A DNA stretch of 63,482 nt, filler included, from Folioceros fuciformis (Eukaryota), in NCBI GenBank assembly GCA_049999805.1. It is 6 parts of 6 records of this genome, joined end to end, with 100 filler letters (N's around TTAATTAATTAA, not from the genome) between each part and the next. Parts side by side here need not be neighbours in the genome. Positions count along the whole stretch, not along the records: positions 1 to 20,043 come from JBNGIO010005208.1; positions 20,144 to 34,936 come from JBNGIO010005209.1; 4 more parts are not named here. One strand, 5' to 3'. This document shows positions 13,632 to 25,599 of the stretch, piece by piece. Numbering within the stretch: the stretch's first letter is position 1; each line of letters starts with the position of its first letter. A model generated the notes under the pieces. It searched no databases. It worked only from the letters and a program-made list of their open reading frames with translations, and was not told the origin of the DNA. The position numbers were made by a program, and so were the translations under genes.

Positions 13632-13904
13632 GTCATGACTTTCTTTCACCAGTGTACTTGTTCCAGCTTTTGCTTTAGGATCTGGTCCACAGGAGTCACA
13701 GGGCTGTGTGTGGATGAGACGATTGCGGCCACTGGGGGTACTGGGTGGTGGGGATATTTGCAACGGCGGCGGTTTCCCACTGCGCATCACGTGTCCAGCG
13801 GATGGTTGGAGCTCTGTAACGCTTCCTTATTCATCTGCCTGGTAGGAGTATCACGTACAGTAGATATCATGGAGGTTGGGCTGTCTCCGTCTCTTCACAT
13901 ATCC

Positions 13905-14410
13905 GTTTTCCTCTCCCCGTGCCAGATTCTGACTCTGGGCGTTTCTTCATCTCTCTTCCATCTTTGGCCATCCCCCCATCTCTCACCACTCCACTCTATT
14001 ATTCTTCACGGCCATAGGGAATAATCAGGTACAAAACAGGCCCCCTTCTTCCCGGAAAGCACCTTTTCACAGCGTGTAGTAGAATCCATGACCCTTTCCT
14101 TCGGATTGGGAACGAGGGAAAGGAGAAGAGCACGACCACTCCCTCCTTCTTCCTAAGAGACTGCTCCGTTTGTCTCTCCCCCGTGCCAGAATCTGACTCC
14201 GGCCGCCTCTGCATCTCTCTTCCATCTTTGGCCATCCCACGTCTCTCCCCACTCACCTCTATTATTCGTCATAGCCATAGGGTCTGCTTTAGAATAATCA
14301 AATAGAAATCAGCAGCCCTCGTTGCTTCCCTCAAAGCACATCGCTGCGCTTTGGATTGTGAACCGGGGAGGGGAGAAGATTAAGAGCCTTTCCTTCGTCT
14401 TCCAAGAAGA
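13905..14410. repeat. Degenerate tandem duplication, two units of about 260 bp
   Basis: CCCCGTGCCAGA.TCTGACTC...CATCTCTCTTCCATCTTTGGCCATCCC occurs near 13915 and 14180, and downstream segments also match. Confidence 0.75.
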
Positions 14411-15494
14411 ATGAAACAGAGTGTTGATCACTTCAAAGCTCGTGGGTTTGGGGTGGATGGGTTATCAACTTTCCTATTTTTCCTAAAGTCTTCATTCGTA
14501 ATTTGATTTTGGGCGATTGAGGATCATAACGAATTCACTGGCCATCCGGAGAACAAGAAGAACAATCCTCCTAACATACTGGAATGCGTCATTTTCAAGT
14601 TTACAAGATATGGGTATGAAAGATGTGCATATCACTAAAATCCAGCCACACATTTTCAAGCTTTTTCAAGTCTACTTCAAGTAAGGTCCTTGGTTGCATG
14701 GTAGTCCATCATTTCACACCCACCATTCAACTTGGAAGTATTCCAAGTTGTTGTCCTATCACAATGAGAAGCCCTTCAGTTCTTCCCACTAGGAAGTAGG
14801 ACTTGGCACAACCACTCATCTGAGAGATATTTTAAGTAGTGGTCCTTTTCTTCTTTGCTCCACTATTATACATCTTCAAGTTTCTTCTCACCCATAATTG
14901 GCACTAACTAGTGATGTTGGAGACATTTCTTGTGGAGGGTTCTTGCTTTCATTGTTCTTGTTAAAACCTCTATCCTTGTCTTAACATATTCTATCATGTT
15001 CTAGTCTCTCACCATCCATTGGCATAAACCCTTTATCTCAAAGGAACTTGGTGTAGTGGTCCTGTAATTCCTCATTCCCTATCAAACATTGCTTCGTAGT
15101 TTTCTATCACCTACATGTGGTGCTCACTGTTGATCTTAGAAATATTCCTTATACTTTGATTCTTTATCGCACAATTAGACATGTTCTATTTTTTGCTCAC
15201 TCATCATTGGCTCTTGTCCATGGATATGGAGCACTTCAAGCAATAGTCTTTGTATTCTTTTATCCTGCTAGTGCCAAAACTTCCAATTTCTTTCACCATT
15301 CATTAGCACAAAACCATCGATGCCAGAGGTATTTCAAGTAGTTGTTTGTCATTGGTTGTTTCACAATCAAATGTCCTCATCTTCATTCCTTCTCACCTAC
15401 CATTTGTACACATTCGTCGTTTCACTATCAAACGTCCTCGTCTGGGTTCTTCCTACACGCCATTTGTACTCACTTCCAATATGGAATGTAATTG

Positions 15495-15623
15495 GAGTGG
15501 TAGTCCTTCGATTCCTTGCCACTTGGGAGACTGAGAGGAGTAGTAGTCCTTTGATTCCTTGCCACTTGGGAGACTGAGAGGAGTAGTAGTCCTTCGATTC
15601 CTTGCCACTTGGGAGACCGAGAC
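15495..15623. repeat. 43 bp tandem repeat x3
   Basis: GAGTAGTAGTCCTT(C/T)GATTCCTTGCCACTTGGGAGACTGAGAG at 15495, 15538 and 15581. Confidence 0.9.
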
Positions 15624-16403
15624 TGCTTGAAATATTTCGTCCTTCGATCCGTGGAGATATTTTGAGAAGTAGTCTCTTGTTATATTACCATAGCCATTAT
15701 TCCTAACCTTCTTATCTTAGAGGTATTTGATCGGTATTTGATTCTTTGCTCCATTGAGTGTGCCCTCAAGGTTTGAAGCTTCTTCTATCCATTTGCTTGT
15801 CTAAAGGTCTTATGGATCAAAAGTGGATATCCTTCAACATCTTGAAACAAGGAAGCAGACATACTAGACCCAGCTTCCATCTACAGAATTCTCTGTCCTC
15901 CTTGATAAATAATATAGAGCACCACTCAGATTATTTATCATGTTATTTTAGCCTGAGATTAGTCTTGAGATTAAGACCGGATATGTGTAGGTGCTGGTGA
16001 CGTTCGAGGGGTTCCCACCCACCATAAATAGTTTGCGAGAAGGAGGAATTGTGGGCATCCGTCACAACATACAACCCGGACTGTTGTCGCTGTTGTGTAG
16101 TGTTTTCGCCACGGTCAGTGTGTGCTTCAGGAGCTTGCTTCGGAAGAGACAGCAGCCTCGTGTTGGCTCGTCTGTGGGCAAGAGCAGAGGAGGAGTAGGA
16201 GAAGGAGGAGCAGGAGTGGCAGCCAGCTTGAAGGGCACAACCGAGCTCGGTCTGTCGGTCAGTTTCTTGCGGCCCGATCTGGCGCGGCTTCAGGCTGCGG
16301 TGCTGCTCTGACATGAGGAGGAGCTGCCCGGTTTGACATCCGACTGTCGCTCTGTGGTGGGAAGGAGAAGAAGGGCAGGGCAGCCCCGGCTCCTCCAGTA
16401 GCA

Positions 16404-18406
16404 ATGTCGAGTGCTGTGGCTGCTCCGGCGCTCGCTGCTGCCGCCCGCTCGCTGCGCCTGCAAGATGCCGCTGCACCGGCCAAGCTGGTGCCTGGAGGCC
16501 TCGGCTCTCTGCGGTCCTTCCAGCAGTTGAAGTTTGTGGGCCTGGTTGGGCATGTGAGGTGAGGGAGGAGGAGGAATTGCGTTGTTGCTGGAATGGGGGG
16601 GCAATGCGGTGCTGGTTTTTTTTGGTTTGAGGAATTGAACCGGTCGAGTGGGGTGGCGGGGTGCAGATTCGTGTGCCGGAGTGGGAGCGATGCCGGGAGT
16701 CTTGCGGCCGCCGCTGCTGCTGCGGACAAGGTTCGATCCCTGCTCTGAGTCGGATGTGTGGTGGGCCAGGATTCCTGTTGGGTGGTTGGTGGTGGAGGGT
16801 GACTTTTTTGTTTGCGTGTTTGTAGGTGTTGGAAGTGAAGAGTGCGGATGAAGGGCCGGATGATGAAGATGACACTTCCGTGCCCACGCCGATTGTGAAC
16901 ATCGATCAGCACTCTGATCCGTTTGCCACTGTGCTGGAGATGAGGTTTGGGGACAGGCTTGGTGCGCTGCTTGACACGGTTAGTAATGTACTCACTTTGC
17001 TCCATGGAGCTACCGCGGATTTGTTGTCGATCAGGGCGGATGCATGTCCCTTCTGCGTTTGGTGCTCTGCCGGGGCTGGGGGTTGGAAGGTGGCATGTGG
17101 CTGAAGACTGACTGAACTGCCTTCGCTTACGCGCAGATGAAGGCCCTGACGGATCTCGGACTGAATGTGAATCGTGGATATGTGAGCACCAACGCACCTC
17201 TGGGGAACAACAAGTTCTACATCACTCGAGCGTAAGTTGGGACCCTTGACCTAGGATGACCTTCCAGTCTAGTCTAACTCGTTATCCACATGACTCCACA
17301 CCGGAACAGAAAGGAAGGGTGCATCGTCTGTTTTGACTGAAGTTAGGTAGCTCACACCGGCCATGCGACATCGGCTGCTAGACAACTATGTTGCTGACCA
17401 CGTCTGTGTTTCGAGCTAGTACACTGCAAAACAAATCTGATGCCCTCTTGTACCCGATGTATTGGTTGATGTTGACAGGATGCAGGCTAAGGTTGAGCAC
17501 ACTTGGATGACCTGGTGGCCGTCTTTGCGGACAGCCCTATGTAGGTGTAGGGCATTCCCCTGACCTATGATATGCTGGGTTTTGCAGGGATAACGGAGCC
17601 AAGGTTGAGGATCCCGAGCTGTTGGAATCCATCCGCCTTACCATCATAAACAACCTTCTGCAGTACCACCCAGTATGTCGTTTCCTGCTAAGAGCCATCT
17701 GTTCTACACATATGTGATGTGAGTCGTCTCCTTGGAATGCTCTTCCTCCATCCAAGCTTAACCCACGAACCTGCAGGAAACTAGTGAGCGTCTAGCAATG
17801 GGGGAAGCGTTTGGGAAAACTGCACCTCCCAAGAAAGTGAGAGCCGTGCACTTCTTGCATTCCCCTTGTGTTGGGTGTCGTTCTTCTGATGTTGGCCTAA
17901 CCCCATGTATGTTGCATGTAGCTCGACGTGGACATTGCTACACACATCAACATCTCCAAGCTCAGTGCCGAGCGAAGGTAAATAATTTACCTCGCACATT
18001 CGGCAGTGTCCATAGGGGCCGGTTGATGTCTTCCATCACGTCACGGAAGCTGGGCTTCGTTTTCTGTCTGCAGCCTGCTGAAGATTGAGACAGCTGACAG
18101 ACCTGGCTTGCTGATGGAGATTCTTCGTGTACTCGGAGACATAAGCGTTGTAGTGGAATCTGCCGATATCAACACAGAGGTTGGTCACAACTCCAATGAA
18201 GTTGCTCATCTGTTGCCATTGTAGAAGACTCCACTTTCCAACCATAATCGCTGGGCAATCCTATGTCTATGCAGGGACTTGCTGCAAAGGACCAGCTGTA
18301 TGTCTCTTACCATGGCGAAGCTCTGAGCAAGTCCATGGAGGAGGTAACCAAGAACTGCCTCCAGTACTACCTGCGGAGACCCACCACCGAAGAGGACAGT
18401 TACTGA
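16404..18406 (+). CDS. ACR12: Plastid ACT-domain repeat protein (ACR11/ACR12 type), multi-exon
   Basis: Transit peptide [18 protein letters not shown], then [72 protein letters not shown] and C-terminal [13 protein letters not shown]. The ACR12 versus ACR11 assignment is tentative. Confidence 0.85.
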
Positions 18407-19087
18407 GCTCCCCAGCACCTTTTTCGGCTGGGTCCAAGAAAATATCTAGGACGAAGAAGCAAATTGGCGACAGACGTAGGCAACTAACAAGCTCCGTACT
18501 GTTAATGACTTAAGGCTTATTTACTGCTGTGAAGAGATCGGTACCCAAGTGAACAGCACTGGCGGAAGAGTCGAGCAGCCCTTGTGCTGCTTCACGCCGC
18601 CCACCCGGTGGAAAGCTTACCTATGTACATACAGTAAAGTGTCGGTGCAGAAGTACTCGGCCACTCGTACACAAGAAAAAGTCTGCCGAGGTATGTGGAC
18701 ATGTCGGTAGTTTGCGATGCGAAGAAGTCATCTACCTCACAATTTGGTACACATATGAAAATGATGTCTCCATTTAGCTGCCTGGATTGACGGTTTTGTG
18801 CTAGTGAGGAGAAACATTTGAGTTTGTCAATAACGTTCCCTATCAGACGCCTATTATGCATTATACCTCATGGTGTGCTTCTGCGCATGTGTATTGAAAT
18901 CAAGCCAATGATAAATAACATGCTTCCGCATCATGTATATTATTAAAATATATGTTATTAAAATTATCCTGATGATTGTTGAAGCAAGTACACCCTATGC
19001 AGACCATACACATTTTATGCCCAAGCTGATGCTCAAGGACTGCACAACTCACTTTGCTCAAGGACTGCACAACTCACTTTGTGCCTT

Positions 19088-19444
19088 TCATCTCCTCACT
19101 TTGTGCTTTTCATCTCCTACGATCTGTATGGTGCGTGAGTCCACGTCTACACATGCCTTATTGGCCTTCATCCATTCTAAGCCCAAGATGATTTCATGAT
19201 TATCCATATCTACAACTGTGAAGCTTGCTTGTCCTGTCCAATTGCCTATCTGCAAAGGAACTTTTTCTAGCTGTCCTAAGAACTGCAGCTTTCCTTTTGC
19301 TTGTTTCACTGTACATGGCTCTGAAATACTAGCCCATGTCAAACCAAGCTTACTTGCTCTGCCAGGAGAAATGAAATTATGTGTTGCTGCTAGATCAAGC
19401 AACATCTTCGCTTCTTCACGATTCACACATCCTTCTATATACAT
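19088..19444 (-). mobile_element. Ty3/gypsy retroviral-type aspartic protease fragment
   Basis: MLLDLAATHNFIS (degenerate D-S/T-G-A) and IILGLEW. Confidence 0.8.
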
Positions 19445-19450
19445 GAACTA

Positions 19451-20043
19451 AGTAACGCCCCCTTCCTTACGCAGCGTAAAAGGAAGCAACGGCCTCGAAT
19501 CTCGTCTAAACACTCTGCAGCGCTCCACTTGCAATTCACTCACTCCCTCTCACACGACTCAGCACTAGGCTCCAAGTAGCCCGCCGTCCACTGACGACTC
19601 GCAGACCACCTCCTCTAGGTGCTGCTCTTTATTCCAGATACTTACAAAAGAGTCTGGCGATCTACGCCCCACTGGCTACTGCCCTCGACTCTATCTGACA
19701 AGCTTGCTCTTCAAGCCCTCCACAGCTATGCCTCCAGGCTAGACTTCTCACTGTCTGCCTCTTTGTGTATCAGTGTATCACAGTATATCCTTAAGACCCT
19801 AACACTGGCCTATTTATACTCCACAGCTAAGCCACTGCTAAAACTGGGAATGATACACACCACTCATCCTAGAATACTAGTGGTCATTACAACTCCATCC
19901 TTCTTAGGAGGTTTTGCCTGGAACACACATTTTGTTTCCAAAGGCAGCAAGAAGCATACTTGCTTCTTCATCAAGACAGCTCTAGATTTAGCTTTCACCT
20001 TTCTACTTTTAACTTTCACCTTGTTTCACTTATGCCATTACTC
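19451..20043 (-). mobile_element. Probable Ty3-type LTR fragment, cut by a gap
   Basis: Begins AGTAACGCCCC, like a TGTAACGCCC terminus. A TATAAATA box lies on the minus strand near 19811. Confidence 0.4.
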
Positions 20044-20143
20044 NNNNNNNNNNNNNNNNNNNNNNNNNNNNNNNNNNNNNNNNNNNNTTAATTAATTAAN
20101 NNNNNNNNNNNNNNNNNNNNNNNNNNNNNNNNNNNNNNNNNNN

Positions 20144-20581
20144 CTCTTCTATTAGGGTAGAAGAGAATAGCCATTGATTCTTCCAGGAAGTCGTTGATAT
20201 AATGTTTGTCTTCAGGTAGTGTAGCATATTGTGGGCGCGGGATGCAGTGGCCATCAGGATGATGAGCACTGGATCTTGTGCCCAGTTATATATTTCACTA
20301 GATGCTTCCAGACATTAGAAATCGAGCTCTGATACCATAAACGAAATCAGCGAGACCAGATGTGCATCGCTGAGTGCGACGGGAAGAGCTAGAAGAAAAC
20401 ATCGATTAAGGAATAACGTTTCGTATCAGTGTGTGTGCATATGAGCAAGAGATGCATAACCGTTTCATAACCCTAATAAATATAATAAATAATTAACCAA
20501 TCTACGAACTAGGTTTAAAGCTAGTAAAGGCTGTTTAATGAACCGAAAATAATTATTTCTTAATACGCTGTTTTCCAGACA
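20144..20581 (-). mobile_element. 5' LTR (20338-20581), tRNA-iMet PBS (20326-20337) and leader of an LTR retrotransposon inserted in a LINE
   Basis: TGGTATCAGAGC on the minus strand sits directly next to an AT-rich block of about 244 bp that starts TGTCTGG. The block interrupts LINE ORF2. Confidence 0.7.
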
Positions 20582-23400
20582 TCCTCTATTCGGTTCCACA
20601 GGTGGCCGAGTTGCACAATGAACACATTGCGCATGTAGGACCTTCATTTTGCTCGTGGGGTCCACCAACCCCAGCCCACCCAAGCACTTGCTTTGAATAA
20701 TATGTTGCCACGCCACCTTATGGGAAGAAGAGAGCAACTCCTTAGACTTGCTTCATAAGAAGTTAGAAATAATCTGTTGCAATCTCCTCAGGTTCACATT
20801 ACCAGGAGTCCACAAGAACAGATAGTACCATAGGGAAGCGGTCAAAATATGGTTTATGACCACAATTCTGCCTGCCAAACTAAGATCCAAAAGACGTAAG
20901 CTGGTTGCCTTCCGAATGAAGCAGAGGTAAACATATTTACCAATCTCCATTCTCATCCTCTTCCTGGAATGCCAAGCCCAAGTACTTGTGTGACGAGCCG
21001 GGCAAGACCCGCACTATGTGCATGATGCATGCGAGAGGCTCCCCCTGCACGTTAATACACATCATCCTAGTCTTATTCCAATTCACATTGCATCCTGATA
21101 GCTGCCCAAAAATCTGTACCTAAGATAGCAGGGCTGTTAAGGAAGTCGTATCTACCGATGAGAAAAGCAAGGTGTCATCAACAAATGTTGAGATGCGCAA
21201 CTACGAGCCATCGAGATTCTGAATGCCTTCTATTCTTGAGTCCTGCTTGAATGCTCTCAAGAGAAAGTCAATGACAATAATGAACAGGAACGGGGCCAGT
21301 GGGCATCCTTGCCGTACCGAACGCATAATATCAAACCTGTCGGTAAAGGACCCGTTGACAAAGACCATTGCGCCTGCATCCTCACAAAGAATTGCAATCC
21401 ACCTGCAGAAGTTGTTACCTAGCCCAAAACTTCGCGGACATCTCTAGAGGAAGTGGCATTCAATAGAGTCATAAGCCTTGTAGAAATCTAAGGAAATGAA
21501 CACTACTGGTTTGTGATGAGACAGAGCGTTATACTTAGCCTCACGCAAAAGCAGCAGGTTGTCTAGAATACACCTGTTCTGGATGAAACCCCGTTGCTCC
21601 ACCTCCAACCACTCGTCCAGAAAGGGCTTGAGCCTGTTTGCTAAGACTTTAATCACTTTGTAAGTTGTTGTTAGTAGGGTGATGGGTCGCCAATTAGCAA
21701 TGGAGAGACTAGCATCCTGTTTAGGTAAAATGGAGATGAGGCCCAGGTTAAACCATGGGCCCATACTACCTTCCTCCCAGATCATGTTGACTGCCTCCAT
21801 GAAGAGCGGACTCATAAACTCCGACCCCAAGCCAGAAATTCGGGGGGGATTTTGTCATGCCCAGGAGATTTGTTCCTCGGCATCTCCTTCAGCACTTGAG
21901 CCATCTTAGCAGCTGTGATAGACTTGTCAAGAACACTATGTTGTGCCTCTGTCACTTTAGCAGGAAACTGCCCATAGGATGAGCTCCAAAGATCCTCCCA
22001 ACCTGTCAGCTTTCCGAGACTTGCAAAAATCCCTACATAAAAGCAGGTGATCATCTTTTTCAAGACATTAAGGGAATCTTACCTGATGCCCTGCGCGTCG
22101 GGGAGAGTGGGAATTCTTGACTTTTGTCGATTCGCTGCCACCTTGTCGAAGAAGAACTTAGAGGGGCAGTCTCCTTCTTGTACCCATTTCACTTTAGCCC
22201 GTTTGTACCATCCCCTAGCTCTATCCTCTTCAAGCTTTGCAAGGTCACATTGAATTTCCCGAAGCCGACTTTCCTCTTCCCTAGTTAGCGCTCGCACTTC
22301 TCCTACTCTTCGGACGTATCCCAATTCATCCCAAAGAAAGTCCTCTGTCCGGGCTTTGACTTTTTTGCGCTTTGCGCCCAACCTCCTCCGAAAGGTTGTG
22401 GCTTCAATGTTCGCAATCATAAGCCTTTGCACAGCCAACTCCTCTCCTTCCTCTATTCCTTGCCATAGCTCCTTGATGCGCTCATACACCCCTTCTTTCA
22501 CTAGAAGAAACGTATTCATCCGAAAACCCCTCTTATCCCTTTTGCGCCAGAGGTCTCCAGGGAATAGCTGCAAAGTCAAGCTGATCAGGTGGTGGTCTGA
22601 TAGCACTGTACCAGCCAAAATACTATACTCCTGCACAAGTGGCAGTATCCAGTCTTCGAGCCCCATAAGACGCCGTCTGCTGATCGGACTAGCTAAACCT
22701 GAGAGAGTCCTGCTGACGGTGCACCAGAAGAGCCAGCCAAGGATCTTTCACATTCAGACTAGTTCCCTTAGTTATTGCCACGTAAGGGCACCCTCGGGAT
22801 GTCCACCTCGCTGTTCCCTTGGATGTCCTGACGCCTTTCAACAAAATTGCAGTCTCCCACCAACATTCATGGTATTTGATCATTCAGATGTTCACCTAAT
22901 CGTCCCCATAAGAGACTCCTCTCCAAACCCTCGTTAGGAGCATAAATGTTGCATACACCCAAGAGGCCTTGAGTAGTCTGCAACACCACCCAAACAAATC
23001 TTCCCAGTTCGTCTTGTCCTGTCTCCAAAACGTTTTGTGCTTGTTCTGGATGGATTGTAATAGAGACACCTCCCCTCGTGGCCGAATCATATTCACTGGG
23101 GTTAGAACTAGCACCTTCTTCTGTAGATCTGGCCCGTACCCACGTTGTTCCTCTTGGCAAGAAGATTTTCTTGATTTGCTATATGTGATCGGCCAACAGT
23201 TTGTGTTCTTGAATACATACTACATCCCAGGTGATATCTTCTTATAGAAGATGCTGCAGCCTACGACACTTAGATGCCAATTTCGACCAGCCTCCCAAAC
23301 CTTGCACATTCCAAGATAGAACCCATAAGTGAGTCCCCCGCTTGTACTTCCCCAAGTGGTCAATTCTCATCCACGCTGTCTTGCTTACTCAAGAGTTTTC
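20582..23400 (-). mobile_element. Degenerate L1-like LINE ORF2 (AP endonuclease + reverse transcriptase)
   Basis: SWNVQG, NIYAPN, SDHH, KSPGHD, NWRPITLL, DFYKAYD and RQGCPLAP motifs, with many stops and frameshifts. Confidence 0.92.
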
Positions 23401-25096
23401 TAAACTCTAGGGTTTTTGAACCCTAAACACAACCTCTTTCTCTACTGTAATGAGTTTTCACTTGGTGTTGGCAATTATGGGTTGTGTCACTTGGTTTTGG
23501 CAGTTGTGGGTTGTGTCATGGGAGGCATGTTGCTTTCTACGTGAGTATAGTGTACTACGTAAGTATATAATACATGTATCTATTGACACTACCTATCTCT
23601 CGTATAATGTTATGATGTAAAATAACAAAAGGTCTATCTATAATCAAACAAAAAAAAGCCACTACCACACTGGCCAATACCCTATGCAAAGGGATGGATA
23701 CGCATTGTTAATCTCATTCCTATAACTTTGTTCCACCTTTGCAAACTTCTTAATGAGCCTTGAAAAGTCCTTGCTCATGGCCCCACGAGTTGAAGAACAA
23801 GGGAGAATACTTATGAGCTTTGGGTCCACAGTCCAGCTATGCAGGTTGATGACTACGTACTTACAAATTGAATTCCTAGTGGGTTCCATGACAACCATAT
23901 CAACAACATGCACTTGATCCCCTTTGTGGGAAAGAGGTTTGCTCTAAGCAAGGAATCTCTATTGCGTAGTATTAGTGCATACGAGCACTCCTTGTACGAA
24001 AGAAACTCATACTCCCTAACCATTAGGAACATAAAATTCTTAATTGCGTCATGGATGACAATACATTGCTACTCAAAAGGACAACATGGTAGATGGAACC
24101 ATGAGTTGACAATGGCAACCCTAGGCTAGCTACATTGCATGTAGAGAGAGAAAAAGCCCAAGGGTTGGTGTGGAGTAAAATGTTGTGTCCGAGGACATCG
24201 CGAGGTCTACACTAACCCTCTATGTCATTGTACCCATGGGATTCACTCCTAAGGGGATGATTTGTGCCAAGTAACATAGGTTTCTTCTACTACTAACTCT
24301 TGCCTAGGATAGGCCTTATCCACTACCGTTTTTACTACCCACTAGCTCCCTACCACTACCCCCTGGTTAGCCTAGCTACCGCGGACCCTATTCTATGATT
24401 CTGGCCCTACTCTGTGATCGCTAGTGGTCTCCACGACTGTGGTGGGTCCCACCCAAAACCCTAACTAATATTTTCTAGCACCACCATGGGTTGCCACCAC
24501 AGGTTTTTACCCCAAGGCTTCAAGACTCACAGATCTGGTCTTATTGGATGCTCCTCACACATGCAAATGTTAATCCTTGGGAAGCAAGACCCCACGGATT
24601 ACCCACAATCTCTCACACACCCATGCATCACTCTCCACACATGCAAAACACACAAAAACTCTGGTGTACACTTATTCCTCACGGGTCTGTCTCCAAGTGT
24701 CTTCAATCTCCCAGCAATGCCACAAATCTTCAGCGATTCCTCAGCCATCATTCACAACCCCTTACACGCTTCAACAATCTTCAATAGTCCTCCACTAACG
24801 TCCAGAAATCTCTCTGAACCCTCCAGAAATCACATCCAAGCCTCAACAATCTTTCTCAACCATCCCGCAATTTCTTGACAATTTTCTTCAGTCTCCAGCA
24901 ATCTTGCAACAATCTCACTAATCTTCTAGGGTCCTCCTCAGTCTCTCAACTCACTCACTCCTTCTCTTCACGCACTCCTTCAGTCTTCTTCTTCTTCTCA
25001 TACCCTCATTCTTCACTTACTCGTTCACACTCACTTCAACACCTCGTCTTCTCACACACGCTCTTCACCACCAAATTCGAAACGCGAACAATGGGT

Positions 25097-25365
25097 TAGG
25101 GAATAAGGGAAGGGGAAGCTCCCCTTCCACTCCGCACAATTGGTAGATTCGTCCCCTTCATCTTCAACTGCGGACTATAGTCAGCCGTTCAGGGAATAAG
25201 GGAAAGAGAAGTTCTCCTTCCACTCCGTGCAATTGGCGGATTCATCCCCTCACCACTCACTGCAGAGCACAACTAGCAATTTAGGGAATAAGGGAAGGTG
25301 GCCTTCCACTCAGCAAGGAATTTGTTGATTCATCCCCCTCACCACTAGCTGCAGAGCAAAAGCTC
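25097..25365. repeat. About 92 bp tandem repeat x3 with an internal hairpin
   Basis: AGGGAATAAGGGAA...CCTTCCACTC...GATTC.TCCCC at about 25097, 25190 and 25282. Confidence 0.8.
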
Positions 25366-25599
25366 TTGACCACCCCTGGGAGGGCGTGCACACACCACCC
25401 ACCCATACATCCCAATCTAGCCATGGGCAGCGCAGGGATCCCGCCCGGGAAGAGTCTCCAACATTTGCTAATTCCTGAGACCCAACATGCCTCTTTGTAC
25501 AACAGGCCAGGGCGAGATCATCGCCGTCATTAGGTCTAGTCTTAAGCAGTCAAGCACTCTTAATTGCGAGCGGCATCAGGTCCAAAAAAGCATCTTCAC

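Noticed and set aside
12965..13636. 223 aa minus-strand ORF
   Set aside because: Antisense shadow of the last SET-gene exon.
15943..17197. Long minus-strand ORFs (319 aa and 312 aa)
   Set aside because: Antisense shadows of the GC-rich ACR gene exons and introns, with no recognisable domain.
20044..20143. TTAATTAATTAA inside N-runs (also near 34981, 39658, 56442 and 61989)
   Set aside because: An artificial scaffolding spacer with stops in all frames, not biological. ORFs that run into it are truncated artefacts.
23350..23400. Possible ATGA overlap at the start of the first LINE ORF2
   Set aside because: ORF1 is truncated here and the frame matching the other copy's ORF1 end does not use that stop, so conservation of coupling cannot be claimed.
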